Virus record (IMG/VR): IMGVR_UViG_3300035698_010625
Coordinates: 1 to 64,000 of that record
Direction: 5' to 3' (one strand)
From: a virus
DNA length: 64,000 nt
The notes under the pieces are model-generated. The model made no database searches. It worked only from the letters and a program-made list of their open reading frames with translations, and was not told the DNA's origin. Made by a program: the position numbers and the translations under genes. Every line of letters begins with the position of its first letter. Within the stretch, counting starts at the first letter, position 1. Shown piece by piece: positions 32,204-41,952 of this stretch.

Positions 32204-32412
32204 AAAATCAAAAATGGGGTATCAAATTAAGCACCGCTGGCCGATCTTTATTTGTTATAGATATAAAGGAGGTCGCTGGTCGAGCTATCATATCGGTAGA
32301 TGCTAGTGAAGAAAACAAAAACAACGAAGTATTATCATTTGATAGTCAAGAATTAGCAACTAATTACGCGGAGAGAATGGGATGGATACTGTACAGGATC
32401 GCACCGATCTAG
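32200..32412 (+). CDS. hypothetical protein
   Basis: ATGA-coupled short ORF. Confidence 0.5.
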   Translation: MKNQKWGIKLSTAGRSLFVIDIKEVAGRAIISVDASEENKNNEVLSFDSQELATNYAERMGWILYRIAPI

Positions 32413-32924
32413 AAACAATGGATCGTAATATTGTAAAACATGACCACGCTAGCCTTCGTAGAGTGTGCCGATACTTTAACTTTGAAAATCCACCAGCCGA
32501 TCCTATGTACATAGCAGAGGTTATGATATATAATCTTATTAAGCACCGCGGCCTTGGTCTTGCAGCACCACAAATTGGATTTCCGTATAACGTTTTTGCA
32601 GTAGGTAATCCAGACCTTCCAGATAAGGTTATGGTTTTCTTTAATTCAACAATCGTACATTTCTCGGAAAATGTTATACTCTTAGATGAAGGTTGCTTAT
32701 CATTTCCAAGTCTATTTATGAAAATTAAAAGACCAGATTCTATCCGAATGAGATTTACTGATCCAGATGGGGTTAAGAAAACAGAAAAATTTGATGGAAT
32801 ATTAGGGCGTGTAATTCAACATGAGTACGATCATATCAATGGCAAACTATTCACATCTCGAGTTAACCCAATTGAATACGATCGAGCAAAACGTCGTCAA
32901 AAAAAAATATTGAGAAAGGTATAA
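32382..32924 (+). CDS. def: peptide deformylase
   Basis: GLGLAAPQ, EGCLS, QHEYDH motifs. Confidence 0.93.
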   Translation: MDTVQDRTDLETMDRNIVKHDHASLRRVCRYFNFENPPADPMYIAEVMIYNLIKHRGLGLAAPQIGFPYNVFAVGNPDLPDKVMVFFNSTIVHFSENVILLDEGCLSFPSLFMKIKRPDSIRMRFTDPDGVKKTEKFDGILGRVIQHEYDHINGKLFTSRVNPIEYDRAKRRQKKILRKV

Positions 32925-32927
32925 AGT

Positions 32928-33365
32928 ATGTCTAGTAACTGGGTTAATGATATTCGTCTAATGCACGAACACTTTGGTGTTACTGATTGGATGGATGATC
33001 TTAAAAATGAAACGAAGTTCGATGAATTTTTAGCATTTAGATTAAGGTTTCTCCAAGAAGAACTGGATGAAACAATGAAAGCTTGGAAAGAAGGTGATTG
33101 TGAAGAAATTGTTGATGGTTTAATAGATCTTTGTGTAGTAGCTATTGGAACACTTGATGCTTTCAATATTGACTCTAATAAAGCATGGAATAATGTATTA
33201 AAAGCAAATATGAGTAAAAATACAGGCGTAAATAAAACTCGCCCTAATGCACTTGGTCTTCCAGATTTGATTAAACCTATAGATTGGGAAGCACCTACAC
33301 ATAAAGAAAATCATGGATTGTTACTTGCGTGGCGTAATATTTCATCATTAGGTGAAGGCACATGA
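32928..33365 (+). CDS. MazG-like/all-alpha NTP pyrophosphohydrolase
   Basis: EELDE..EIVDGLID, V.KANMSK, DLIKP..W.AP. Confidence 0.75.
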   Translation: MSSNWVNDIRLMHEHFGVTDWMDDLKNETKFDEFLAFRLRFLQEELDETMKAWKEGDCEEIVDGLIDLCVVAIGTLDAFNIDSNKAWNNVLKANMSKNTGVNKTRPNALGLPDLIKPIDWEAPTHKENHGLLLAWRNISSLGEGT

Positions 33366-33733
33366 AGCCCGAACTACCAAAAATGCCAGATGCTACATTA
33401 CCTATGCCATCACAATCTGCTTCTTTAGATGTTTTAATGGAATGTGCTGGTCTTCAGAGACGCAAATCTAACGATTATCAAAATCCGAATTCTAACATCA
33501 AGCAAGCAATGCATTACCGTCGTGGTATAGATACTATTCATGACATGATTGCACAAAAACTCCTTCGGGCCCAATCTTTACTAGAATCTAAAGAAGATCC
33601 AAATAACGAATCATTAGAAGATACATATAAAGATATGATTAACTATTGCTCATTCGCAGTAGTATATTTGAGAAAACAGATGGATGGACAGGATCCTTCC
33701 AGGGATATTTTTAATGCACCAGAACGTACGTGA
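33362..33733 (+). CDS. nucleotide-modification-associated domain protein (DUF1599/Nmad1-like)
   Basis: RKSNDY, K..R, ESLEDTYKDMINY. Confidence 0.7.
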   Translation: MKPELPKMPDATLPMPSQSASLDVLMECAGLQRRKSNDYQNPNSNIKQAMHYRRGIDTIHDMIAQKLLRAQSLLESKEDPNNESLEDTYKDMINYCSFAVVYLRKQMDGQDPSRDIFNAPERT

Positions 33734-34409
33734 TATACGCGATAGATTTCGTGATGAACTGAAAAACGCTAGATACATTACAGATAAAAGTGGTGTAAAA
33801 ACTATTGAATTAATGTCTGTCAATTTCAAAGCAGATGAGACAAGTATCTTCGGTAAGGTTGATGAAAATTTTGTAAAGAGAGAAACTAATTGGTATTTAA
33901 GTCAATCGTTAAATGTTAATGATTTAGTAGATGCTCCTGCGATATGGAAATCTGTTGCATCACGCCATGGTGCAATCAATTCAAATTACGGATGGTGTGT
34001 ATACAGTAGAGAAAATGGTGACCAATACGGGTTTGTTTGTAATGAACTTTGGACTAATCCAGATTCACGTAGAGCTATCATGATTTACACTCGCCCTGAT
34101 ATGCACACTGCAGCTTTTAAAGAAAATATGAATGATTTTATGTGCACGAACACTGTACAGTATCTCATTCGTGATAGCAAACTTCATGCACATGTAAGTA
34201 TGAGAAGTAATGATGCAGTCTTTGGATATAAAAATGATTTTGCTTGGCAGCACCGTGTTTTTAGTCGGGTGTTAGAACTTATAAATCACCGCCGTGCTGT
34301 ATACGATGAAGATCCATTAATAGCTGGCGACATTATCTGGAATGTTGGTTCACTTCACATATACGAAAGACATTTTCATATAGTAGATTCACAGCAGGTA
34401 CTTTTATGA
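33714..34409 (+). CDS. dCMP hydroxymethylase-like (thymidylate synthase superfamily, T4 gp42-like)
   Basis: INSNYGW, DFMCT catalytic Cys, MRSNDAVFGYKND (Asp at the dCMP-specificity position), SLHIYERHF. Confidence 0.85.
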   Translation: MHQNVRDIRDRFRDELKNARYITDKSGVKTIELMSVNFKADETSIFGKVDENFVKRETNWYLSQSLNVNDLVDAPAIWKSVASRHGAINSNYGWCVYSRENGDQYGFVCNELWTNPDSRRAIMIYTRPDMHTAAFKENMNDFMCTNTVQYLIRDSKLHAHVSMRSNDAVFGYKNDFAWQHRVFSRVLELINHRRAVYDEDPLIAGDIIWNVGSLHIYERHFHIVDSQQVLL

Positions 34410-35284
34410 TTAAAAGAATTTACATCCCTACATATGGACGTGTAGACAAACAAGAAACGTATGATTATCTTCCAAAGAAATGGCAGAAGCGCTGTCTTCT
34501 AGTAATTGCTGAAAAAGAAAGAGAAGCATTTGAGAAAACAGATTATCCGTTTGTTGTTTCACCATGTCAAGGACCTGCACCAGAAGGCGCTGACCCATTA
34601 GATTATGGTTTGAGTCCTACAAGAAAATGGATTGCTTATCACGCGGGTGATATGAAGTATGGTGTGCTGGATGATGACATTAACGAATTTGTGTATACAC
34701 CAAGACCTTCTGAAGTTGACTATCACGAATACACAAATGCTCAAATCAATGAACACAATAAGAAACTAGGGTATGGTGGTTATTTTGATGATATGATGAC
34801 AATGCTCGACGAGTGGCTTGAAGATTTTGTTACTGTTGGACTTGAAGTATCATGGAATCCACCTTTTGAAGAAGATCATACAGAATGCTGGAGACAAACA
34901 ACTAATCACTTTTACAATGGAGCTAATTTTCCAAAAGATGACATCGATTTCACATCTCTGAAATGTGCTCAGGATTACTTTATCCTTCTCCAGTTGCTAG
35001 TTATGGGATATAAAAATCGAATCAGTTTGAGATATCGCGTACGTCCTGCTATGACACAAGAAAAAGGTGGTTGTGAAGTATACAGAACTATTCAAGTCCA
35101 TAATGACTCGATGGAAAAATTACGAGATGCTTTTCCAGATTTCGTAAATCTGAATACTAAAATCACAAAGACTGGACCTTGGGCAGGACAGGAAAAATTC
35201 AGCGCTTCTATCCAATGGAAAAAGGCGTATAAATCTAGTATAGGAAAGACAAAACCAACTAACTCTTTAGCAGATTTCTTTTAG
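34406..35284 (+). CDS. TET/JBP-associated-type (TAGT/GREB1-like) glycosyltransferase
   Basis: IYIPTYGR, LDDDI, late GGC motif; coupled to the hydroxymethylase. Confidence 0.65.
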   Translation: MIKRIYIPTYGRVDKQETYDYLPKKWQKRCLLVIAEKEREAFEKTDYPFVVSPCQGPAPEGADPLDYGLSPTRKWIAYHAGDMKYGVLDDDINEFVYTPRPSEVDYHEYTNAQINEHNKKLGYGGYFDDMMTMLDEWLEDFVTVGLEVSWNPPFEEDHTECWRQTTNHFYNGANFPKDDIDFTSLKCAQDYFILLQLLVMGYKNRISLRYRVRPAMTQEKGGCEVYRTIQVHNDSMEKLRDAFPDFVNLNTKITKTGPWAGQEKFSASIQWKKAYKSSIGKTKPTNSLADFF

Positions 35285-35293
35285 AGGTATATA

Positions 35294-36082
35294 ATGAACG
35301 ATTACATAATGAAATTCCTTGGAACTGGTAACGCATTCCCTTACGATCTTAACCTTCCACCAGAGGATCAAAACTTCCAGTCAAACGCTATGTTGATTGC
35401 ACCTAGTGGTAGAAAGTTACTCATTGATGCTGGTGGATTGATTCAAAATGCATTAGGTTTTTACCAAATGTCTTCAGCGGATCTTGACAGTGTCTATATT
35501 TCTCATCCACACGGTGATCATATCGGTGGATTGGAGTATATTGCATTCACTACTTATTTCAATCCAACACTCCCGAAACCACGTCTAATTGCAAATAAGA
35601 AACTTGTTCGTGAATTATGGAACAATAGTCTATCTGGTGGACTTGGTAGCATTCAAGGACAAATCACTGACTTAGATACTTTCTTCAATGTCGATGCTGT
35701 TGGAAAGAATCAAACATTTCGTTGGTCAAATATCGATTTTCAGCCAGTACAAGTAGTACACTATATGGATGGATTTGATATTGTGCCTTCTTATGGCTTG
35801 TTCTGGGAAGTTAACGATAAGAAATATTTCTTCACCAGTGATACACAACATTGCCCAAATCAAATTAAAGATTTCTACAATGTTGCTGATTTGATTTTCC
35901 AAGATTGTGAAACAGCACCATTTCCTTCTGGTGTACACGCTCACTATACAGAACTTGTTACTTTGCCAGATGACATTAAAGCAAAAATGCATCTATATCA
36001 TTATCACCCAGGTGAAAAGCCAGACTGTGTTACTGATGGTTTTGCAGGATGGATCACACGAGGTCAGGAATTTATTCTATGA
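35294..36082 (+). CDS. metallo-beta-lactamase-fold hydrolase, Apyc1 (anti-Pycsar)-like
   Basis: FLGTGNAF, LLIDAG, SHPHGDHIGGLE, FTSDT, VHAHY..L..LP..IK.KM.LYHY. Confidence 0.7.
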   Translation: MNDYIMKFLGTGNAFPYDLNLPPEDQNFQSNAMLIAPSGRKLLIDAGGLIQNALGFYQMSSADLDSVYISHPHGDHIGGLEYIAFTTYFNPTLPKPRLIANKKLVRELWNNSLSGGLGSIQGQITDLDTFFNVDAVGKNQTFRWSNIDFQPVQVVHYMDGFDIVPSYGLFWEVNDKKYFFTSDTQHCPNQIKDFYNVADLIFQDCETAPFPSGVHAHYTELVTLPDDIKAKMHLYHYHPGEKPDCVTDGFAGWITRGQEFIL

Positions 36083-37296
36083 TTACCCATGCGAGTATAG
36101 TCCCACTGATGGGCAGTGCTACATTAGCAGCTGATGAAGTTTTTGAAAATGATTCAAAATATCTCTTATCTTATAGTGATTATGAAGTCAATGATTCACA
36201 CTTAGTCCATTACTATAAGCAAACAAATAAAGATGTACCGTACACTTTTGTTACAGGAGACACTGTTCCAGAGTATGTGGATGTTGTTACTACACAATGC
36301 TATCCAGGCGCTCTAGCTAGTTTTAGTGATGATGTTTATCCGGGTAATCACCAGAACAATGAAATTGAAAAAGTAACAACTTTTGTTCTTAACAAAATTA
36401 AGCCAAAGGTTTTTTGGGGTGAAGCAGCACCTTCATTCTCACATACAATTGGTAAGAGAATTCGAATGAAATTAGCAGCACTTGCCACTGCTAATGGATA
36501 TTCAATGTCAGTGTTTCGATCTAAAGCAACATTTCATGGATCACCACAAGTTAGACAAAGATCGTTTTTCATATTCTGGAAAGAAGTTAGAAATGTACCA
36601 ATTCTAAAATTCTTCGAAACAGTATGTGTGCCAGTTAAGGATTTAATTCCTTCTCTCAAAGGTGATACACAGCATCATTTAGTCAACTCTCAAGATCCTA
36701 TAGATAATCCTTATTACCACTATCTAATGGATCAAATTCATCCTAATACTACACACGAAGATTTCATCGATAGTTTGCTACAATCCTACGATGTAATTCA
36801 GTATATGAGAGAACAAGGAGTTGAATATAGGGAAATGACATTGTGGTTTAATTCTAACGGATATGAATCTGAATCTATAAAAATCAAAGAACAGTACATT
36901 TCTACGAATAAGAAATTAGATTCTAGTGGAGTACTTTTACCTCGCTCAGTGTTCGCTCCTAAGCAACATATAAATGGCTTTGTAAAGCACTTTCCACGAA
37001 CGATGATGCACCCAGTGATACGACGTCATTTAACATATCGTGAATGTATGGGTTTCATGGGATTCCCAGAAGATTTTGAAATGTTAAACCCTGAAAAAAA
37101 TCTCGATCATGTCTGTGAAAATATTATTGGTGATGTAGCAAAAGATATTCTCGGTGAAATTAAAGCCTATCTAGAAGGTAATCGTGAAATGGTTCGTTGC
37201 GATATGGTAATACAGTATAATGAAATTAAGAAAACGAAATTGATTAATCCTGATACTACGGGTGATGTTGGTGGGTTAAGTAACTTTTTAACATAG
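36079..37296 (+). CDS. C5-cytosine methyltransferase-like protein, catalytically degenerate paralog
   Basis: Paralog of 37310-38512 (KPKVFWGE, PQ.RQRSF, TYRECMG.MG.PEDFE.LNP); PC motif replaced (QCYPGA), EN replaced (GEAAP). Confidence 0.7.
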   Translation: MITHASIVPLMGSATLAADEVFENDSKYLLSYSDYEVNDSHLVHYYKQTNKDVPYTFVTGDTVPEYVDVVTTQCYPGALASFSDDVYPGNHQNNEIEKVTTFVLNKIKPKVFWGEAAPSFSHTIGKRIRMKLAALATANGYSMSVFRSKATFHGSPQVRQRSFFIFWKEVRNVPILKFFETVCVPVKDLIPSLKGDTQHHLVNSQDPIDNPYYHYLMDQIHPNTTHEDFIDSLLQSYDVIQYMREQGVEYREMTLWFNSNGYESESIKIKEQYISTNKKLDSSGVLLPRSVFAPKQHINGFVKHFPRTMMHPVIRRHLTYRECMGFMGFPEDFEMLNPEKNLDHVCENIIGDVAKDILGEIKAYLEGNREMVRCDMVIQYNEIKKTKLINPDTTGDVGGLSNFLT

Positions 37297-37309
37297 GCAA
37301 ATAACAATA

Positions 37310-38512
37310 ATGAAACACGCGACTATTATCCCTCTTATCGGTGGAATTTCACTAGCATCTGACCAAGTGTACGGAACCAAACCAAAGTGGATTGCATCCT
37401 ACGATGTATTCAAAGGCAATGACGCCCATCTTCGTAATTATTACGAATTCCAGAATCATGATGTACCGTATAAATTGCTTGACGTTGAAGCACATAATGG
37501 TATTAAATTAGAGCAAGGAATGGATGTCATCTCAACAGTATGCCCGTGCGCTGGCCTTTCCACAATGAGTCTTACATCTGGTGCTGATAATCCTCTGAAT
37601 GAATGGATGGCTCATAGTGCTGAATATGTGTTGACTAACCTTAAGCCAAAGGTTTTCTGGGGTGAGAACGCCCCAACTTTTGCTGGAAACACTGGTAAGA
37701 AAATCCGCGATCGTATCTATGAAATCGGTAGAAAGAATGGTTATACAATGACAGTTTATAGAACTAAATCATTGTTACATGGTCTTCCACAAATTCGCCA
37801 ACGCTCATTCTACTTTTTCTGGAAAGAGAAAAATCACGTACCTATGATGGAATATTTCCGGCGCCCTAATATTGACATCAAAGATTTCATTGAAGGAATG
37901 GGTGGTAACTCTCAACAGGAATTGGTTAACCCTAAAATTCCAACTGATAATCCTTATTACAAATTCATCCTTGAGAAGATGCATCCAGGAATGCAGCACC
38001 ATGAATTTGTTGAGCAACTCGATAAATCATATGAGCTTACACGTTACATCAGAAAAAATGGAATTCAATTTCCAGAATTAGGAGAATACTTTTATGGTCT
38101 TGGCCTTGAGAAAGAAGGTGATAAGTGTTACCGCCGCCAAGCAAAACTAGATAGTGGTGGAGGAATCATGACCCGCGCCCTATATATTCCAAAGGATTAT
38201 ACTGGAGCATTTGTTGGTCATCTTCCACGTGACATGACTCACCCTGTTGAAAATCGCTTTTTGACTTATCGTGAATGTATGGGTATGATGGGATTGCCAG
38301 AAGATTTTGAATTGTTAAATCCTAATAAAAATCTCAATCACGTTTGTCAGAATGTTCCAGTAACAACTGCTAAGGATATGGCAACTGAAGTTAAAGCTTA
38401 TCTAGAAGGCAACCGCCCTATGGTAAAAGCGACTCAACTATTTCAACGTAATGATCCACGCACCCATGAAATTATGGAAGCAGATCATAGTACTCTTGGA
38501 GATTTTATATAA
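37310..38512 (+). CDS. C5-cytosine methyltransferase-like protein
   Basis: VCPCAGLS (motif IV), GENAP (VI), PQIRQR (VIII), RFLTYRE (IX); SAM motif atypical (IPLIGG). Confidence 0.75.
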   Translation: MKHATIIPLIGGISLASDQVYGTKPKWIASYDVFKGNDAHLRNYYEFQNHDVPYKLLDVEAHNGIKLEQGMDVISTVCPCAGLSTMSLTSGADNPLNEWMAHSAEYVLTNLKPKVFWGENAPTFAGNTGKKIRDRIYEIGRKNGYTMTVYRTKSLLHGLPQIRQRSFYFFWKEKNHVPMMEYFRRPNIDIKDFIEGMGGNSQQELVNPKIPTDNPYYKFILEKMHPGMQHHEFVEQLDKSYELTRYIRKNGIQFPELGEYFYGLGLEKEGDKCYRRQAKLDSGGGIMTRALYIPKDYTGAFVGHLPRDMTHPVENRFLTYRECMGMMGLPEDFELLNPNKNLNHVCQNVPVTTAKDMATEVKAYLEGNRPMVKATQLFQRNDPRTHEIMEADHSTLGDFI

Positions 38513-38958
38513 TGCCTGGTGAAAGTGATCGTGAAAAAATACTACTTGATGATTATTTCTCAAGTTTAAACACCGCCCGTGGTGCTACTACTCAAAAATT
38601 AGTTAAAGCATTTAATGACTTACAAAAAGGCGACGTAAATGAAATGGTGAATTCTAGTCCTCTCCCAGCAGGTATAAAGAACGATAAAGGTAAAGATCGT
38701 TGGGATTTGTTACCTATAGGACCTGTACGTGAAATTGTTAAAGTACTCACATTTGGCGCAGAAAAATACTCTCCAGATAATTGGAAATATGTTGATAATC
38801 ACAAAGCCCGCTACTTTGCAGCAATGCAGAGACATATAACTAGTTGGTGGGAAGACGATGAAATGTTCGACCCTGAAACTGGCATCCATCATTTAGCTCA
38901 TGCTGGATGCTGTATGCTTTTCGCAATTTGGCATGATATGAATCCTGGTAAAAAGTAA
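38512..38958 (+). CDS. dATP/dGTP diphosphohydrolase domain protein (DUF5664-like)
   Basis: GIKNDKGKDRWDLLP, LTFGAEKY..DNW, A..RH, DPETG.HHLAHA. Confidence 0.8.
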   Translation: MPGESDREKILLDDYFSSLNTARGATTQKLVKAFNDLQKGDVNEMVNSSPLPAGIKNDKGKDRWDLLPIGPVREIVKVLTFGAEKYSPDNWKYVDNHKARYFAAMQRHITSWWEDDEMFDPETGIHHLAHAGCCMLFAIWHDMNPGKK

Positions 38959-39834
38959 ATGAATGAAGAATCAATTGCAGAAATTTCTCTTAGTGAACTA
39001 CGTAAAAGAAAGATCTTTGTAGCAACACCAATGTATGGCGGAATGTGTACTGGGCAATTCACAAAATCCTGTACTGATTTAGCAAAAATGGGAGCATTGA
39101 ATGGAATTGAAATTGAATTCTTTTCACTGTTTAATGAAAGCCTTATCACACGCGCACGTAACTATTGTGTTGATGAGTTCCTTCGTAGAGAGGAATTTAC
39201 TCACCTTATGTTCATCGATGCTGACATTGGATTTAATCCAAAAGATGTAATCGATCTAGCAATTCTATCAGATCCAGAAAGTGATTACGATATTCTTTGT
39301 GGTCCTTATCCAAAGAAAACTATCTCTTGGGAAAAGATTGCTGCTGCTGTAGACCAGGGATTCGCTGATGAAAATCCAGAAAATCTATCACGTTTTGTTG
39401 GTGATTATGTTTTCAATCCAGTAGATACTAAAGATGGTAAAATTCATCTGGATCGGCCAGCAGAAGTTCTAGAAGGTGGTACTGGATTCATGATGATTCA
39501 GCGTAAAGTATTTGCAAAATTTGCTGAAGGTTATCCTGAACTTAAGTACAAACCAGATCATGTAAGAACAAAACACTTCGATGGTTCCCGATATATTCAT
39601 GCTTATTTTGAAACGGTAATTGATCGTGATGAAAATGGAGAAGGCTCTGAAAGGTATCTCTCTGAAGATTATATGTTCTGTCAGTATTCTAGAAAACTTG
39701 GGATGAAAGTTTGGATGTGCCCTTGGATGAAGATGATGCATATCGGGACTTACTTCTTTGGAGGAAGTTTGATGGACCTCGCGCAAATTGGAGCACATGC
39801 TACTGCCGATCCTTCTAAATTAAAGAAAAAGTGA
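38959..39834 (+). CDS. GT-A fold glycosyltransferase-like protein
   Basis: FVATPMYGG, ESLITRARN, FIDADI, GTGFMMI, LSEDY. Confidence 0.7.
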   Translation: MNEESIAEISLSELRKRKIFVATPMYGGMCTGQFTKSCTDLAKMGALNGIEIEFFSLFNESLITRARNYCVDEFLRREEFTHLMFIDADIGFNPKDVIDLAILSDPESDYDILCGPYPKKTISWEKIAAAVDQGFADENPENLSRFVGDYVFNPVDTKDGKIHLDRPAEVLEGGTGFMMIQRKVFAKFAEGYPELKYKPDHVRTKHFDGSRYIHAYFETVIDRDENGEGSERYLSEDYMFCQYSRKLGMKVWMCPWMKMMHIGTYFFGGSLMDLAQIGAHATADPSKLKKK

Positions 39835-39889
39835 TGTACGTATACCGTCTAGAATGTTATAATAATCCTTTATATACAGGAAATAAACT

Positions 39890-40540
39890 ATGAATATTTC
39901 GAAAGAAACCTTGGCATACCTGAAAAGTTTCGCGCAAATTAACCCTTCAATCTGGGTTAATTCTGGAAGCACACTCCGGACTATGTCGACGAATAAGACA
40001 ATTGTCGCCTCGGCTAAAGTACCAGAAGAGTTCCCAATTGATTTTGGTATCTATGACCTTAATACTTTCCTAAGTGTTATTAGTCTTATGGAACAACCAG
40101 AATTTGAGTTCAGCCCAAATCACGTTGAAATCTCTGCAGGCAAAACGAAGGTTCAATATCGTTATGTCTCGAAGAAAGTTATTGTTACTCCTCCAGAAAA
40201 GGAACTAACTATTCCTGATGAAGCACTTGCATTCTTGCTTACTAATGAAGATATGCAGCGTGTCATGCGTGCTGCTAAAGTAATGAGTCTTCCTAACATT
40301 GTTGTTGATACTCGAAATAATGAACTGTTTCTAGTTGCAACTGATGATTCAAATAATGACAGTAATGAATATCGAATTGTTGTTGGCGAAACATCTCCAG
40401 ATGAGCAGTCATTTACTTTCCGTGAAGAGAACCTTAAACTTATTGAGGGTGATTATGAAGTCATTATCTCCAGTAAGGGTATTGCACAATTCACGGGCAA
40501 ATCACAGGATGTAACATACTTTATCGCTACTGAGTCTTGA
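39890..40540 (+). CDS. gp45: sliding clamp (gp45-like)
   Basis: LKSFAQIN, FGIYDLNTFL, ENLKLIEGDY. Confidence 0.93.
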   Translation: MNISKETLAYLKSFAQINPSIWVNSGSTLRTMSTNKTIVASAKVPEEFPIDFGIYDLNTFLSVISLMEQPEFEFSPNHVEISAGKTKVQYRYVSKKVIVTPPEKELTIPDEALAFLLTNEDMQRVMRAAKVMSLPNIVVDTRNNELFLVATDDSNNDSNEYRIVVGETSPDEQSFTFREENLKLIEGDYEVIISSKGIAQFTGKSQDVTYFIATES

Positions 40541-40660
40541 TATGAAACGCAGATAATACTCCATTTCTGGAGTATTACGTCTTAATGTACAGTATAAACC
40601 CCATTCAATTTCCTATATTGTTATTGAAGCAAAACTAGGTCCACAAGGATACACTATATA

Positions 40661-41593
40661 ATGAATCAACTTTGGGTAGAAAAATACCGTCCAGGAACTG
40701 TTGGAGAATGTATCCTCCCAGCAGCAACGAAAGCAGCATTTCAAACTTTCGTTGATAAAAAATATGTACCAAATCTTCTTTTATCTGGAGGACCGGGAAT
40801 TGGCAAAACCACTATCGCTAAAGCAATGCTTGCTGAGTGTGATTTCGACTCTATTGTTATCAATAGTTCCATGGATGGTAACATCGACATATTACGCACT
40901 CGTATTCGTGACTACGCATCTACCGTATCTTTCAGCGGCAGTCGCAAGTATGTTATTCTAGATGAAGCTGATCATCTGAATCCACAATCGACTCAGCCTG
41001 CTCTACGTAACTTTATGGAAGAGTATAGTGAGAACTGTGGGTTTATCATGACCTGCAATTACAAGAAACGTATCATTGAACCTTTGCACTCCAGATGCTC
41101 TGTTGTTGATTTTAAGATTGGTACGAAAGAACGTGCTGAAGTCGCAAAGCAAATGATGGCGCGTATTCAATATATTCTAGATGAAGAAAAAGTACCTTAT
41201 GAGAAGCCTGTATTAGCACAATTGCTACTCCAGCATTTTGGTGATTGGCGTCGTCTTATCAATGAACTCCAGAGATATTCTGCATCTGGAACTATTGACG
41301 CTGGAATTTTGGTAAATCTTGGTGATGATAATTTCAAGAAACTCATTAAGAGCCTTAAAGGAAAGGATTTTAAAGCAGCTCGTGTATGGGTAGGTACGAA
41401 CACTGATCTGGATTCTTCTGAGATTTTTCGTGCACTTTACGATCAATCGGTGGAAATTATGACACCACCTAGTATCCCACAGTTAGTTCTGATTCTTGCT
41501 GATTACTCTTATAAAGCAGCTTTCGTTGCTGACCAAGAGATTAATCTGATTGCATGTTTAACTGAAGTGATGACATCTTGTGAGTTTAAATAA
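40661..41593 (+). CDS. gp44: clamp loader large subunit (gp44-like)
   Basis: LWVEKYRP, GPGIGKTT, ILDEAD, SRC. Confidence 0.96.
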   Translation: MNQLWVEKYRPGTVGECILPAATKAAFQTFVDKKYVPNLLLSGGPGIGKTTIAKAMLAECDFDSIVINSSMDGNIDILRTRIRDYASTVSFSGSRKYVILDEADHLNPQSTQPALRNFMEEYSENCGFIMTCNYKKRIIEPLHSRCSVVDFKIGTKERAEVAKQMMARIQYILDEEKVPYEKPVLAQLLLQHFGDWRRLINELQRYSASGTIDAGILVNLGDDNFKKLIKSLKGKDFKAARVWVGTNTDLDSSEIFRALYDQSVEIMTPPSIPQLVLILADYSYKAAFVADQEINLIACLTEVMTSCEFK

Positions 41594-41949
41594 TGAAATT
41601 ACTAGTATGTGGCGGGAGAGATTATAAGGATAGGCACCGAATCTATAGGTCTCTCGATAAAGTATTAAAAGCTCAAAATGGTGATTTAACAATCATCGCT
41701 GGTGGCGCTAACGGTGTAGATACTATTGCTGAAGAATGGGCAGTAGAAAATAATCTGGAGACAGATATCTACCCTGCTGACTGGGATAATCTAGGGAAGA
41801 AAGCTGGATATGTCAGAAACGCACAAATGCTTGAAGAAGGTAAACCCGATTATGTCCTAGCCTTTCCCGGAGGTCCAGGGACTAAAATGATGAAAAATCT
41901 AGCACGCAAGAAAAAGATTGGTGTTCTTGTAGTATCTAGTAAAGGATAG
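41593..41949 (+). CDS. SLOG/YspA-family (DUF2493-like) protein
   Basis: LVCGGRDY, GGANGVD, ADW..GK.AG..RN, AFPGGPGT. Confidence 0.8.
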   Translation: MKLLVCGGRDYKDRHRIYRSLDKVLKAQNGDLTIIAGGANGVDTIAEEWAVENNLETDIYPADWDNLGKKAGYVRNAQMLEEGKPDYVLAFPGGPGTKMMKNLARKKKIGVLVVSSKG

Positions 41950-41952
41950 ATA

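Noticed and set aside
38512-38958. 2-aminoadenine (Z) genome pathway
   Set aside because: DUF5664-like gene is present but no purZ in the window; neighbouring genes point to cytosine modification
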